DNA of 64,000 nucleotides, from positions 1,280,001 through 1,344,000 of the forward strand of contig CAXXQS010000001.1 in the NCBI GenBank assembly GCA_963674735.2. Reading direction: 5' to 3'. The DNA comes from Myxococcota bacterium. GTDB taxonomy: Bacteria; Myxococcota_A; SURF-8. Position 1 is the stretch's first letter; each line of letters starts with the position of its first letter. The notes under the pieces were generated by a model, which was not told where the DNA came from, did not search any database, and worked only from the letters and a program-made list of their open reading frames with translations. A program made the position numbers and the translations under genes. Below are positions 1 to 9,839 of this stretch, piece after piece.

Positions 1-338
1 ACGCCTTCAATGGCGCGGTGTACGCCGGGAATACCATATCCGCCAAGCAAACCCGTTTCACCCGGTGTGATGTCGGATTCACCATACCCGAAATAAAATA
101 GTGTGGGATCGATCGGAGGCGTTTCTTGGTCGTCGTCCGCATCGCCATCTACACTCGCTTCATTCTCAAGGGTGTCGGTCGAGTCGCTATCGCCATCGAT
201 AGGCGTTGCATCATCGCCCGAACAAGCCGAGACAATCAAAAGAGTGATGATCAAGGTTAGCAAACAGAATAAAGGGGAGGTGAAAGAAAGGGGCTTAACG
301 GGCAGGTATTTCCTACCGGTAGGACTGGATAGGGACAT
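1..338 (-). CDS. Lipoprotein with DGD acidic linker, probable neutral/alkaline ceramidase-family N-terminus (partial, runs off the window start; not in the ORF track)
   Basis: Manual translation from ATG at 338 (GGAG RBS upstream): MSLSSPTGRK...LLIVSAC (lipobox) SGDDATPIDGDSDS...VDGDADDD...FYFGYGESDITPGETGLLGGYGIPGVHRAIEG. The G-x-x-DITP...LGGYG...R..EG pattern matches the start of neutral-ceramidase-like domains. Confidence 0.65.
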   Translation of the reverse strand, partial: MSLSSPTGRKYLPVKPLSFTSPLFCLLTLIITLLIVSACSGDDATPIDGDSDSTDTLENEASVDGDADDDQETPPIDPTLFYFGYGESDITPGETGLLGGYGIPGVHRAIEG

Positions 339-482
339 ATCAGTTTCTCCATTTCCGCGTGAGCATTACAACCAGATCAACATTCGCGTGAGCATGACTA
401 CCTACGAAGAGATTCTAGCGACCAAAGGTTGACGGGTCAATCTAATAGTGAATTCACTGGAGTTTGATCTTGGCAGGGCTGC

Positions 483-512
483 TTGACAAAAAGCTTTGCC
501 AGCGCCTATCAT
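483..512 (+). promoter_or_regulatory. Putative sigma70 promoter
   Basis: TTGACA (483-488), 18 nt, TATCAT (507-512), upstream of the 572 CDS. Confidence 0.4.
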
Positions 513-571
513 GCGCCTTCAAGAGAAGGTTAATTCGAGCTTGTTAATGCCTGAAAACGCTTTCTTTCAGA

Positions 572-2116
572 TTGAAAAAAGGCTGCAATTTGATCATGGT
601 GATTGAAAACGAAACATCGAAACACAGGCTTTTCGCCTCGACCAAGTTGCTCAGTGTTGCTTCTGCGTTTGTACTTTTATCGATTTGGGAACTTTGGATT
701 ATCTGGAGCAATAAATACCTGCCCATGATCGATTTGCCGGGGCATATGGCGCAGGTGGCCGTCTGGCTTCGACTTGGGGAGGTGGATTATCCCTTTTCAG
801 AGCGTTTTCAGACCATGTGGTTTCAGCCTTATTTGTTGGCCTATGCCCTGACTCGTCTCTTTGCCGAAGTATTGCCGCTTGTATATGCGCAGAAGGTAGT
901 TATTACGCTATCGACGGTGGGACTTCCTTTGTCGATGGCTTACCTCCTCAAGCGGCTTGGCCGAGATCCCGTGTGGGCCTTGTTTGGCTTTGCGATATCA
1001 CTCAACTATTCGTTCTACTTCGGTTTCATCAGTTATAGCTTGAGCCTACCGCTGGGTATCATCGTCCTGGGATTATGGATAGAGTATTTAAAATTCCCCT
1101 CAACGACGTACTCACTGGCCCTGATATTGACAACGCTCCTGTTGTCCCTCTCTCATGCTCTTGCTTTCGCTCTGTTTTTAGGACTGGCCGGAGTGTACAC
1201 CCTGGCCGAGACTCGGCGCTTGTCCGACATCGGGCGGTTGATCGTTGTATCCGCGGGGGGGCTGTTTTTCATTGCCATGTGGCAGATCATCGTACAAAGC
1301 GGTGCATCCGCAGGGCGCTCGGCGATCGAGTGGCAACTTGGCTGGCAGCGTATTCTTGAACTACCGACCTACCTATTGAGTGCGACGCCTTCAGAGCGTT
1401 TGGCCACGTTCGCCGGATTTGGGTTATTTGTTTTGCCATTCCTGTTCGGTGCCCGCCTCAGCCGTAAAAAGGGTGTGTGGGCCATGTGGCTTGCGGCGGT
1501 AGTGTTGTTTTTTCTGTCGCCGGTTTATCTGCTTAAAGCTCACTACATTTATTGTCGCTTTGCCGTCCCGGTTTTTATCTTATCGTTGCTTGTACTGGAC
1601 ATTTCCTTGGCGGGTGCAAAACGTCGTTTAGCTACGGCGTTGGTGACGGCAACTGTGGCTGCCTGGTTCTTGATGATTTCGTTTCGTTTTTCGGGATTCA
1701 ACTCCGAGGCGTGCCAAGTCGATGGCATTATCGAGGATATGCAGCCCGAACGCCGTGCGGTGGTTTTGCTGTTTGAAACGCATAGCTTATGGTTGACGAG
1801 TTTCAGTTACGGACATTTTGGGTCGACGTATACGATAGAAAAAGACGGTTTGGCCGATTATTCTTTCTTTTCGTACAACGAAATGCCGATTCATTACCGG
1901 CGAGAGTGGGTTCCCCAATCCGCCGGTTTTCGCTTCCACCTCAATCCGCGTCAATTCGATTATCCGAATTTTGCCGATTACGATTATTTCATGATCCGTT
2001 CTGCCTATGATCTTGGCTCAAAACTCTTTCGTGAACATCTCGGCCGGGTTCGTTTGATCAAACGAAGCGGACAATGGTGGCTCTATGAAAACCTCCCAAT
2101 ATCAAAGAGCGGCTAG
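572..2116 (+). CDS. Polytopic membrane protein, GT-C-like glycosyltransferase/flippase-type (start may be ATG ~597)
   Basis: About 11-12 hydrophobic segments, an early loop 'PMIDLPGH' and a soluble C-terminal periplasmic domain; layout typical of GT-C-fold proteins. Confidence 0.55.
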   Translation: MKKGCNLIMVIENETSKHRLFASTKLLSVASAFVLLSIWELWIIWSNKYLPMIDLPGHMAQVAVWLRLGEVDYPFSERFQTMWFQPYLLAYALTRLFAEVLPLVYAQKVVITLSTVGLPLSMAYLLKRLGRDPVWALFGFAISLNYSFYFGFISYSLSLPLGIIVLGLWIEYLKFPSTTYSLALILTTLLLSLSHALAFALFLGLAGVYTLAETRRLSDIGRLIVVSAGGLFFIAMWQIIVQSGASAGRSAIEWQLGWQRILELPTYLLSATPSERLATFAGFGLFVLPFLFGARLSRKKGVWAMWLAAVVLFFLSPVYLLKAHYIYCRFAVPVFILSLLVLDISLAGAKRRLATALVTATVAAWFLMISFRFSGFNSEACQVDGIIEDMQPERRAVVLLFETHSLWLTSFSYGHFGSTYTIEKDGLADYSFFSYNEMPIHYRREWVPQSAGFRFHLNPRQFDYPNFADYDYFMIRSAYDLGSKLFREHLGRVRLIKRSGQWWLYENLPISKSG

Positions 2117-2228
2117 AGAAAATTCTGTTGTTTGCAACCCATTGACTTCCTTTGCCAAACGGGTATGATGGCGCGGTGCTGAGATGGACTTGAAGCTGTT
2201 TACTCGCTAACGTTCAACATGGAAAGGA

Positions 2229-3722
2229 ATGCCCATGTCCAGTTCTATATGCGATCTGAAACCCACTTTGCTGTGGTCGTATTTCGATCAGATTTGCCGT
2301 ATCCCGCATGGTTCGAAAAATGAGTTTGAGATCATGCGTTATCTGGCCGAAGAAGGCAAAAAACTGGGAGCAGAAGTCCGTGAAGACAGCACGGGTAATG
2401 TTTGTCTGGCCATCCCGGCTACTTCCGGTTATGAAAACGCCCCGACGGTCATCTTGCAAGGCCACGTGGACATGGTGTGCGAAAAACGCGCCGGATTCAC
2501 CTTCGATTTCGAAAAAGAAAGCATCCGGCCGGTGATTGATGGCGAGTGGGTTCGCGCCGATAATACAACCCTGGGATCCGACAACGGGATTGGAGTGGCG
2601 GCAGCCATGGCCGTCGCCGCCGACAAACAACTCCAACACGGACCGCTCGAATTGTTGTTCACCGTAGATGAGGAGACCGGCCTGACCGGAGCCATGGGTC
2701 TCGATCCCAAATTGATTTCAGGCAAGATTCTGATCAATATGGACAGCGAAGAAGACGGAATGCTTTATGTCGGCTGTGCGGGTGGTCAGCATCTCGAAAC
2801 GCGGTTGCCGTTGATCGTGGAGCCGACCCCCGCCGGGTATGTCGGTTTGCGCATCGAGGTGTCCGGGCTTTTAGGCGGGCATTCGGGGTGCGATATTCAT
2901 CTCAATCGTGCAAACGCCGTCAAGTTGCTGGCCCGATCGTTGCGAGCCTTGTTGATTCCTGCCGTCGAAGGGGGGTTCGAAAACGAGATTCGCGTGGTAT
3001 CCATCAATGCAGGCACCGCTCATAACGCCATTCCCCGGGATGGCGAAACCGTTATTGCCGTTGCTTCAGAACGAGTCGATTGGGCGATTCAGGCTGTCGA
3101 AAATCTAAACGAGGCGTTTCGACGTGAGTTCGCATTGGATGAAGAACTGCTCGTCAAAGTGACGCGTGCCGACGTGTCGAATCGCGTTTTCACCCCGGAA
3201 GTGGCTCGACGCATCGGCGGGATGCTGCTTGGGTTTCACAATGGTGTGTTCGCTATGAGCCGGGATATAGACGGGCTGGTTGAAACATCGAACAGTTTGG
3301 CCGTTGCCCGCACATCGGATGATGAATTCTACGCACTGAACAGTAGCCGTTCGTCCAGTGTTGAAGGGCTCATACAAATACTGGATCAAAACGAAGGAGT
3401 GGCGCTGTTGGCTGGCGCACATTCGGAACGGTTGGACGGCTATCCGGGATGGCAGCCGAACATGGACTCGAAAATTCTCCAGCTTATGATCCAAAAATTC
3501 AAAGAAAAGTATGAGAAAGAACCGATCATTACCGCGATACATGCCGGTCTTGAATGTGGGTTGATCGGTGAACACTTCAAGGAAATGGATATGGTGAGCT
3601 TTGGTCCCGAGATCCGGAATCCCCACTCACCGGATGAAAAGGTCTGGATTCCTTCCGTCGAACGCTTCTATGACCTGTTGCAGGATACCCTGAAGGCGAT
3701 AGCGGAAGGGGATTACCGGTAA
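2229..3722 (+). CDS. pepD: Aminoacyl-histidine dipeptidase (peptidase M20C)
   Basis: Motifs LQGHVDMV, LGSDNGIG, DEETG, NMDSEE, GGHSG, HAGLECG, PHSPDE. Confidence 0.93.
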   Translation: MPMSSSICDLKPTLLWSYFDQICRIPHGSKNEFEIMRYLAEEGKKLGAEVREDSTGNVCLAIPATSGYENAPTVILQGHVDMVCEKRAGFTFDFEKESIRPVIDGEWVRADNTTLGSDNGIGVAAAMAVAADKQLQHGPLELLFTVDEETGLTGAMGLDPKLISGKILINMDSEEDGMLYVGCAGGQHLETRLPLIVEPTPAGYVGLRIEVSGLLGGHSGCDIHLNRANAVKLLARSLRALLIPAVEGGFENEIRVVSINAGTAHNAIPRDGETVIAVASERVDWAIQAVENLNEAFRREFALDEELLVKVTRADVSNRVFTPEVARRIGGMLLGFHNGVFAMSRDIDGLVETSNSLAVARTSDDEFYALNSSRSSSVEGLIQILDQNEGVALLAGAHSERLDGYPGWQPNMDSKILQLMIQKFKEKYEKEPIITAIHAGLECGLIGEHFKEMDMVSFGPEIRNPHSPDEKVWIPSVERFYDLLQDTLKAIAEGDYR

Positions 3723-3747
3723 ACGCTTCCATTTTTGGATTTGAATG

Positions 3748-3778
3748 AAAAAAGGCCGGGCGATTGTCCGGCCTTTTC
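3748..3778. terminator. Intrinsic terminator after pepD (probably bidirectional)
   Basis: aaaaaaGGCCGGg-cgatt-gtCCGGCCtttt hairpin with A and T flanks. Confidence 0.8.
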
Positions 3779-3823
3779 CTTTGGTGGACGAGATTTTTGC
3801 TCCTTTATTTCCAGCGTTTCAAC

Positions 3824-3852
3824 TTGACAGGCAACAATTTGCTCGATACACT
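3824..3852 (+). promoter_or_regulatory. sigma70 promoter of the FadR-GRE operon
   Basis: TTGACA (3824-3829), 17 nt, TACACT (3847-3852). Confidence 0.65.
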
Positions 3853-3858
3853 GGCTGG

Positions 3859-3869
3859 TGGTAATACCA
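3859..3869. promoter_or_regulatory. FadR/PdhR-type operator TGGT-N3-ACCA at the predicted transcription start
   Basis: TGGTAATACCA matches the FadR-subfamily GntR consensus and sits just downstream of the -10 box, before a FadR-family gene. Confidence 0.65.
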
Positions 3870-3932
3870 GTTGCCGCCGAGAGGCGTAAGCTTAGTATTC
3901 AATCACTATCACGAACGGACATCGATGAAAAT

Positions 3933-4670
3933 ATGCTGAAAGTGAAACTCGAACCGATAGAAGCGCGCAATTTAAAAGATGTTTTCATCGAAAAGATGGA
4001 GCGTATGATCATTTCCGGGGAACTCCCGGTTGGCGACAAACTTCCGTCAGAGCGAGAGTTGGCCGCGATGTTGGGGGTGAGTCGCCCGGTCGTTCATGAA
4101 GGACTGGTTGAGATGCATCGGCGTGGATTCGTCGAAATGCTTCCCCGTCACGGTGCGCGTGTTATCGATTATCGACGTAGCGGCTCTTTGGCCATGCTTT
4201 TGTCATTGTTTCGGTATGACGAAGGCAACGTTTCCGATGATCTGCTCGATAGTTTGCTGGATACTCGGTTTTTAGTTGAAGTCGAAGTTGCCCGCCTGGC
4301 TGCACTCAATCGCAGTGACCAAGATCTTGAAGATCTTAAAGAGATTCATTCCAGAGAACTGAGTCGAGAGTGGCAACCGCCCAGGGATGTTGCGATGGTT
4401 GACTTTGAATTCCATCATCAATTGGCCATGTGCACCCGTAACAGGGTTTATCCGATGTTCATGAACAGCTTCAGGCCGATTTACATCAATCTGGCCGCCA
4501 AGTTTTTTGCCGATAGCGGCGCATCGGATGACGTCTATCTGTTGCATGAAAAGATGATAACAGCTGTTGAAGCTAAAGACGCCGATGCGGCTGTCAGGAT
4601 TATGCACGAAACCTTGGTTCAGGGCCGCGATATTCTGAAGGCCATGCTTTTGAAACCGAAAGGACACTGA
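3933..4670 (+). CDS. GntR/FadR-family transcriptional regulator (wHTH + FCD)
   Basis: GDKLPSERELAAMLGVSRPVVHEGL wHTH; DFEFHHQLA...HEKMITAV FCD domain. Start moved from 3858 to ATG 3933 because 3858 overlaps the promoter and operator. Confidence 0.92.
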   Translation: MLKVKLEPIEARNLKDVFIEKMERMIISGELPVGDKLPSERELAAMLGVSRPVVHEGLVEMHRRGFVEMLPRHGARVIDYRRSGSLAMLLSLFRYDEGNVSDDLLDSLLDTRFLVEVEVARLAALNRSDQDLEDLKEIHSRELSREWQPPRDVAMVDFEFHHQLAMCTRNRVYPMFMNSFRPIYINLAAKFFADSGASDDVYLLHEKMITAVEAKDADAAVRIMHETLVQGRDILKAMLLKPKGH

Positions 4671-4671
4671 A

Positions 4672-7188
4672 ATGAGCGTCGCAACCGCCGAAAAACGTCC
4701 CGTGGAGATCAAACAGCCTCAAGGCCTCTCAGCACGCATCCAGTGGCTGCGAGACTACTATTTCAAGGGGAACGACCGCGCATGGAACAACGAGTTCACC
4801 GCTTGGTCAACCGGCACGGACTGGGATACCCAATGGAACGAGCTTAATTTCTATATCGTTCCGGAAAACTATCTGTTGATGCAGACCTTCGTATCGTCAT
4901 TCAAACAGGCGGCCAAACCGGTCAAACTGCATCCCGATTTCTGGCGTTGGAGTATTGCCGAACGGCGGGCCTGGTTCAACCGTGAGGTCGTGACCAACTA
5001 CCTGCCGCACGAGATTCTCCCCGGTGACCTGCTGGCGGGAGCGCGCTTCAATTTGCAAACCTCGCTGTGTTTGGACAAGAAGGAAGCAAAACGGCATCAG
5101 AAACTGATAAAAGGAAAGCATGGGGCTCGTTACGCGGTGAAATGGTTTCATGATCACGGTTACGGCAATTGCGGCCCTACGGCCGGTCACCTGATTCCCA
5201 ACCACGAGCAGGCGCTCGTTATCGGTTGGAAGGGGATCCACGCCGATCTCGCCAGAAGGCTCGAATCATTGACGCCGGTCGAACGAAAAAGTTCGCGTGG
5301 TCAACAACTTCGCGCCATGATGACGGCCGCAACGATGCCGCGCGATTTGGCCGCCAAATATGCCGAGGTCTGTCGCAAGCAGGCTGCGGATGAAAAAGAT
5401 GAAACACGCAAAACCGAGCTTGAACAAATGGCTCGAAACCTGGCGCGGGTTCCCTGGGAGCCGGCCGAAAATTTCTGGGAAGCCGTTCAAGCGTTGTGGA
5501 TCAATCATATGCTGATTATGTCTGACGAAAACTACCCGGGCCCCGGTGTCAGTTTTGGACGCATCGATCAGTATCTGCTGCCTTATTGGCGTCGGTCGAT
5601 CGAAGAGGGTATGGATCGAGAGTTCGGTAAAGAGATGCTTAAATGTTTCTTTGTGCATGCCAACACCGCTTACGATGCCTTGATTCGTGCTGGAAACCAG
5701 GGTATCACCGCTGGTTTCGGGCAGTTGATCACCTTGGGAGGGCTTGGGGCCGACAATCAGGATATGACCAACGAACTGACCTACGTGTTTCTTGAGGTCA
5801 TCGATGAGATGTCGCCGATTCTCGAACCCAAACCCAATGTCCGCTTGCATCGTCAAACTCCCGAGGAGTTGATGGACAAGGTGACGGATATGGTGGCGTC
5901 TTGCCAAGGAGCCCCGTTTTTGCTGAATTTCGACGAGCGTTCGATGGCCGGTATGATGCGAGAAGCCAAACAGGCCGGACTGGAAAACCTGATCAATGAA
6001 CACAATGTACACGACTATGCACCGGTAGGCTGTCTTGAGAATACCATGGTTGGAAACGATCGATCCGGGACGGTCGATTGCAACCTCAACCTGCTGAAGG
6101 CGGTCGAGCTGGCTTTGACAGGCGGGCGTGATCTACTGAAGGTGGTGGATCCCATCACCGGCAAAGTGGACCCGGTCGAGCAGGATGGCCCGGCCACCGG
6201 CGATGCTACGACGTTCACGGATTTCGAACACTATTTCGAGGCTTATGCCGAGCAAACACGCTATATAATCAAACGTTGCGTTGGGTTATACGATATCAGT
6301 GAAAGCATCCGCGCCACCTTCAATCCCACTCCCTATTTGTCCTGTCTGGTGAAAGGATGCGCCGAAAAGGGCCGTGATATCACGAACGGTGGACCGGAAA
6401 TCAATCTGGTCACCCTCGAAGCCGTTACGTTTGCCACAACTGTGGACTCTTTGCTGGCCATCAAGTATCTGGTTTTCGATACCCAAGCCTGCACGATGGC
6501 GGAATTGATCCAGGCGCTGAAAGACAACTGGGAGGGACACGAGGTCTTGCAGGCGCGGGCCAAGTACAAGGCACCCAAGTATGGCCGCGATGATGACGAA
6601 GCCGATGCCATGGCTCGGCGCGTGATGGACCTGTGGACAGGCGAGTCATGGAAACATCGCACAACCGTGACGAATCGGCAGTTCCGACCGGGCATGCTCA
6701 GTTGGAATTACTGGGTGGGTGACGGATATGTGATGGCCGCCAGCCCGGACGGACGTCCCAAGGGCCAGTTTCTATCCAATGCCATCTGTCCGTCAAACGG
6801 GGCGGATATCAACGGGCCCACCTCGAACTCGAATTCGGTGGGGAAGGTGTTGGGTGGAAAATCGGTGGAAGGTGAGGGCGATTGGAACGGTTATCTGAAT
6901 AGCCTGCCCAATGGCGCCAGCCATACGATTACGTTCAACCCATCGATCATCAAGGATCCGGAGCACCGAACGAAGTTCAAGTCATTCTTGCGAGGTTATG
7001 CGGAAAATGGCGGAACCGCACTGCAAATAAACATGCTGGATGTCGATATGCTCAAGGATGCGCAGCAGAGACCGCAGGACTATCGGCATTTGTTGGTACG
7101 CGTCACCGGTTACAATGCCTACTTCACTTCGATTGGTCGCGAGCTTCAAAATGAGGTTATCGCACGACTCAGCCACGATCAGTTTTAG
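4672..7188 (+). CDS. Glycyl radical enzyme (PFL-like superfamily), not pyruvate formate-lyase; substrate unknown
   Basis: C-terminal glycyl loop LLVRVTGYNAYF (Gly813), single Cys loop PVGCLENT (Cys454-x-Glu456), SFGRIDQYL, APKYGRDD, ASPDGR motifs; 838 aa. Confidence 0.92.
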   Translation: MSVATAEKRPVEIKQPQGLSARIQWLRDYYFKGNDRAWNNEFTAWSTGTDWDTQWNELNFYIVPENYLLMQTFVSSFKQAAKPVKLHPDFWRWSIAERRAWFNREVVTNYLPHEILPGDLLAGARFNLQTSLCLDKKEAKRHQKLIKGKHGARYAVKWFHDHGYGNCGPTAGHLIPNHEQALVIGWKGIHADLARRLESLTPVERKSSRGQQLRAMMTAATMPRDLAAKYAEVCRKQAADEKDETRKTELEQMARNLARVPWEPAENFWEAVQALWINHMLIMSDENYPGPGVSFGRIDQYLLPYWRRSIEEGMDREFGKEMLKCFFVHANTAYDALIRAGNQGITAGFGQLITLGGLGADNQDMTNELTYVFLEVIDEMSPILEPKPNVRLHRQTPEELMDKVTDMVASCQGAPFLLNFDERSMAGMMREAKQAGLENLINEHNVHDYAPVGCLENTMVGNDRSGTVDCNLNLLKAVELALTGGRDLLKVVDPITGKVDPVEQDGPATGDATTFTDFEHYFEAYAEQTRYIIKRCVGLYDISESIRATFNPTPYLSCLVKGCAEKGRDITNGGPEINLVTLEAVTFATTVDSLLAIKYLVFDTQACTMAELIQALKDNWEGHEVLQARAKYKAPKYGRDDDEADAMARRVMDLWTGESWKHRTTVTNRQFRPGMLSWNYWVGDGYVMAASPDGRPKGQFLSNAICPSNGADINGPTSNSNSVGKVLGGKSVEGEGDWNGYLNSLPNGASHTITFNPSIIKDPEHRTKFKSFLRGYAENGGTALQINMLDVDMLKDAQQRPQDYRHLLVRVTGYNAYFTSIGRELQNEVIARLSHDQF

Positions 7189-7197
7189 GAGGCGCAG

Positions 7198-8241
7198 GTG
7201 GCGCATGAAAATGGAAATGTGACGGGCTGTGTTTTGGAAATCCAGCGCATGAGTACCGAAGATGGTCCGGGCCTGCGAACGACCGTCTTCCTGAAGGGCT
7301 GCCCGTTGGCTTGCGAATGGTGCCATAATCCGGAAAGTATTCCCGCAAAGCCTCAGATCCAGTGGATAGAGAGCCGTTGTCTGGGGTGTAAATCCTGCGT
7401 GGATGTCTGTCCGAATCACGCCGTTGAGGCGACGCCTTCAGGAATTGTTATCGATAAAACGCGCTGCGTAGGTTGTGGAACCTGCGCCGAGGCTTGTCCC
7501 AGTACAGCGTTGGAATTACAAGGGAATACCTGGACGCCCGAAGCGTTGGCCGATGAAGTGGCCAAGGACCGGGCCTTTTTCGAGCAATCCGACGAAGGTG
7601 GAATCACCGTGTCGGGTGGAGAAGCGACGCTGCAAGCCGATTTTGTAGAAGCCTTTTTCATGGCCTGCCGAGCACGTGGATTGCGTACGGCGCTCGATAC
7701 CTGCGGTTATTGCCAAGCCGAAACATTGGGGAGTCTACTGCCTTTGGTCGATTTGGTATTGCTGGATTTAAAGGCTATCGATCCTGAAAAACATAAGGCT
7801 TATACCCACCGCGATAACGCGAAGATCCTTGAGAATGCAACGAATTTGGCAAGCTGGGTTCGTTCGCATCCTGAAACAAAGTTATGGGTTCGAACTCCGA
7901 TTATCCCGGAGACGACGGCTGACCCCGAACAGATAGCCGATATAGGACGTTTTATCGCATCAAACATGGATGGGGCCGTGAGTCGCTGGGAGCTATGTTC
8001 TTTCAACAATCTTTGCCGGGATAAGTACGTACGTTTGGGAATTGATTGGCGCTTCAAGGAGGCCGAATTGATGACGGCTGACGATATGGAGCGGATGGCC
8101 GATTCCGCTCGGCATTCGGGCGTTGACCCGGACATCGTGCATTGGAGCGGTTCAACACGTCTGGAGAACGAATCAAAAGGCGAAGAGGGAACGAACGTAC
8201 CCGAGTTGCAATCGGTTAAAAACTGTCAAACCTGTGGATAA
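7198..8241 (+). CDS. Glycyl-radical enzyme activating enzyme (radical SAM with ferredoxin-like insertion)
   Basis: DGPGLRTTVFLKGCPLACEWCHNPE (CxxxCxxC), two CxxCxxCxxxC motifs, GGITVSGGEA; AGGAGG RBS before the GTG start. Confidence 0.95.
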   Translation: MAHENGNVTGCVLEIQRMSTEDGPGLRTTVFLKGCPLACEWCHNPESIPAKPQIQWIESRCLGCKSCVDVCPNHAVEATPSGIVIDKTRCVGCGTCAEACPSTALELQGNTWTPEALADEVAKDRAFFEQSDEGGITVSGGEATLQADFVEAFFMACRARGLRTALDTCGYCQAETLGSLLPLVDLVLLDLKAIDPEKHKAYTHRDNAKILENATNLASWVRSHPETKLWVRTPIIPETTADPEQIADIGRFIASNMDGAVSRWELCSFNNLCRDKYVRLGIDWRFKEAELMTADDMERMADSARHSGVDPDIVHWSGSTRLENESKGEEGTNVPELQSVKNCQTCG

Positions 8242-8254
8242 AGGAGCGGGCGAA

Positions 8255-9100
8255 ATGAACCGGAAATCGACTTTCGATGAAAACGACCGGAAGGCCTTCG
8301 AGCCCACCGAAAAAATTGCCCTGCTTGCCACGATCAATGAAGACGGTTTGCCGCACATTTCGTTGATTTCTTCTTTGATGGCGCATGGGGAACGTGAGGT
8401 GATCTTCGGGCAGTTTACGGAAGGCTTGAGCAAGCAGCATGTCGAAGTTAATCCGCGCACCGGTTTCCTTGTCCTGACCGTCGACAAGCGTTTATGGTGC
8501 GGACAGGCAGTTTGGCGACGAAAGACGCATGAAGGTGTGGAATACGAGATGTACAACAACAAGCCGATGTATCGATATAACAGTTACTTCGGCATTCATA
8601 CCGTCCATTACATGGATCTCGAATGGGCGGCCGGACCGGATCCGTTGCCCCTGGGACGCATCATCCCGGCCTCGATTCTGACAACCGCCGGACGCGGGTC
8701 TCTGGCCGGGCGTATAGGCGAACCTGTTTTGTCGCCTTGGGCTCAGTCGTTGTTCAACAGCCTTTCCGGATTAAAATTTTTAGCATTTATTGATGCAAAC
8801 GGATTTCCATCTCTGCTTCCCTTAATCCAGTGTCAGGCGGCAACCGACCGACGCCTGATCTTTTCCCCGCTGGCTTATGGTGATGAGCTGCAGAGTCTGG
8901 CTGCTGGAAGTAGTGCTTCCGTCTTCGCTCTGAATTTCAGTATGGAAAGCGTCTTGGCGCGTGGGCGGTTTATCGGCTATTCGCGTCGTCGCATGGTGAA
9001 ATTGGGCCAGATCGAACTGGATTATGTGTACAACTCCATGCCTCCGAACCACGGACAAATCTATCCCACATCGCTGCTTGAAGCGGTCACTCACTTTTAG
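8255..9100 (+). CDS. Tandem pyridoxamine-5'-phosphate-oxidase-like (split-barrel) domain protein
   Basis: Two repeats of the PNPOx-like opening motif (KIALLATINEDGLPHISLI / KFLAFIDANGFPSLLP). Start set at ATG 8255 after the AAGGAG RBS. Confidence 0.65.
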   Translation: MNRKSTFDENDRKAFEPTEKIALLATINEDGLPHISLISSLMAHGEREVIFGQFTEGLSKQHVEVNPRTGFLVLTVDKRLWCGQAVWRRKTHEGVEYEMYNNKPMYRYNSYFGIHTVHYMDLEWAAGPDPLPLGRIIPASILTTAGRGSLAGRIGEPVLSPWAQSLFNSLSGLKFLAFIDANGFPSLLPLIQCQAATDRRLIFSPLAYGDELQSLAAGSSASVFALNFSMESVLARGRFIGYSRRRMVKLGQIELDYVYNSMPPNHGQIYPTSLLEAVTHF

Positions 9101-9146
9101 AAAACCGGAAACGACCCCTTGCCGGGGCCGTTTCCAAACTTTTCTA

Positions 9147-9518
9147 TCAGGATGAGTAGGGCAGTTCGCCGTCCCAAATGCTGTTGAAATACGTACGCCG
9201 AACATCGTACAGCTTGCCCGTTTGTTGACGTGCCTCGAAAATCTCGTTGAAAAGCCGCCTCCGCAATCCTTCATCCGAGTTATGATCGAGCACGAGTTTC
9301 GTATCTTTCAACAGATCGATATCGTACTCAAAACGACTTGTCTGGCGTGCCCTCACGGGACGATCGATCACGCGGGCAAGGGCGTATCTGTAATCGAGAC
9401 TGGTGTTGTCATCCAACGATGCTTTCAAGACGTTTAGCAGGATACGGTCGAAGATCTCGACCGGCAGGTCTTTCATTTTCAGTTGTTCGAGGTCTTCTTT
9501 GTTGATTGTAATGGTCAT
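9147..9518 (-). CDS. Hypothetical protein (123 aa)
   Basis: AGGAGG RBS before ATG; protein-like composition; no motif recognised. Confidence 0.7.
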   Translation of the reverse strand: MTITINKEDLEQLKMKDLPVEIFDRILLNVLKASLDDNTSLDYRYALARVIDRPVRARQTSRFEYDIDLLKDTKLVLDHNSDEGLRRRLFNEIFEARQQTGKLYDVRRTYFNSIWDGELPYSS

Positions 9519-9776
9519 ATTGGCCTCCTAAGTTTATGCTGAGAAAGATGATTTCGAAGCCGCCATCTATTTAGATGCCGTTAAGAATGGCATTATTCCT
9601 TACGGTTATAACAATCCCAAAGTTTCGATTCAGGGAAAAATACAAGAGCTGCTGAAGCCGAAGGACGTCCTAAGCTTAAGAAAACATTGGCATATATTCA
9701 TATTTATAGCTGGAAGCAAGGTGGTGATAACGATTATTTGGAAGAGTGTCGACGTTCGCCGTGCACGCAACTAGGC

Positions 9777-9810
9777 AAAAAAGAACCGGTCCTCAGAGAC
9801 CGGTTCTTTT
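9777..9810. terminator. Intrinsic terminator for the VWA lipoprotein gene
   Basis: aaaaaaGAACCGGTC-ctcaga-GACCGGTTCtttt inverted repeat. Confidence 0.85.
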
Positions 9811-9839
9811 CCATACAAGTACATGCGAAGTGACTGGTT

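Noticed and set aside
103-432. 109-aa plus-strand ORF
   Set aside because: Ser-rich antisense shadow of the minus-strand lipoprotein (1-338), which has an RBS, lipobox and domain motif.
4672-7188. Calling the GRE pflB, cutC or hpdB
   Set aside because: No Cys-Cys pair of PFL, no microcompartment genes, no small subunit gene; specificity cannot be assigned by eye.
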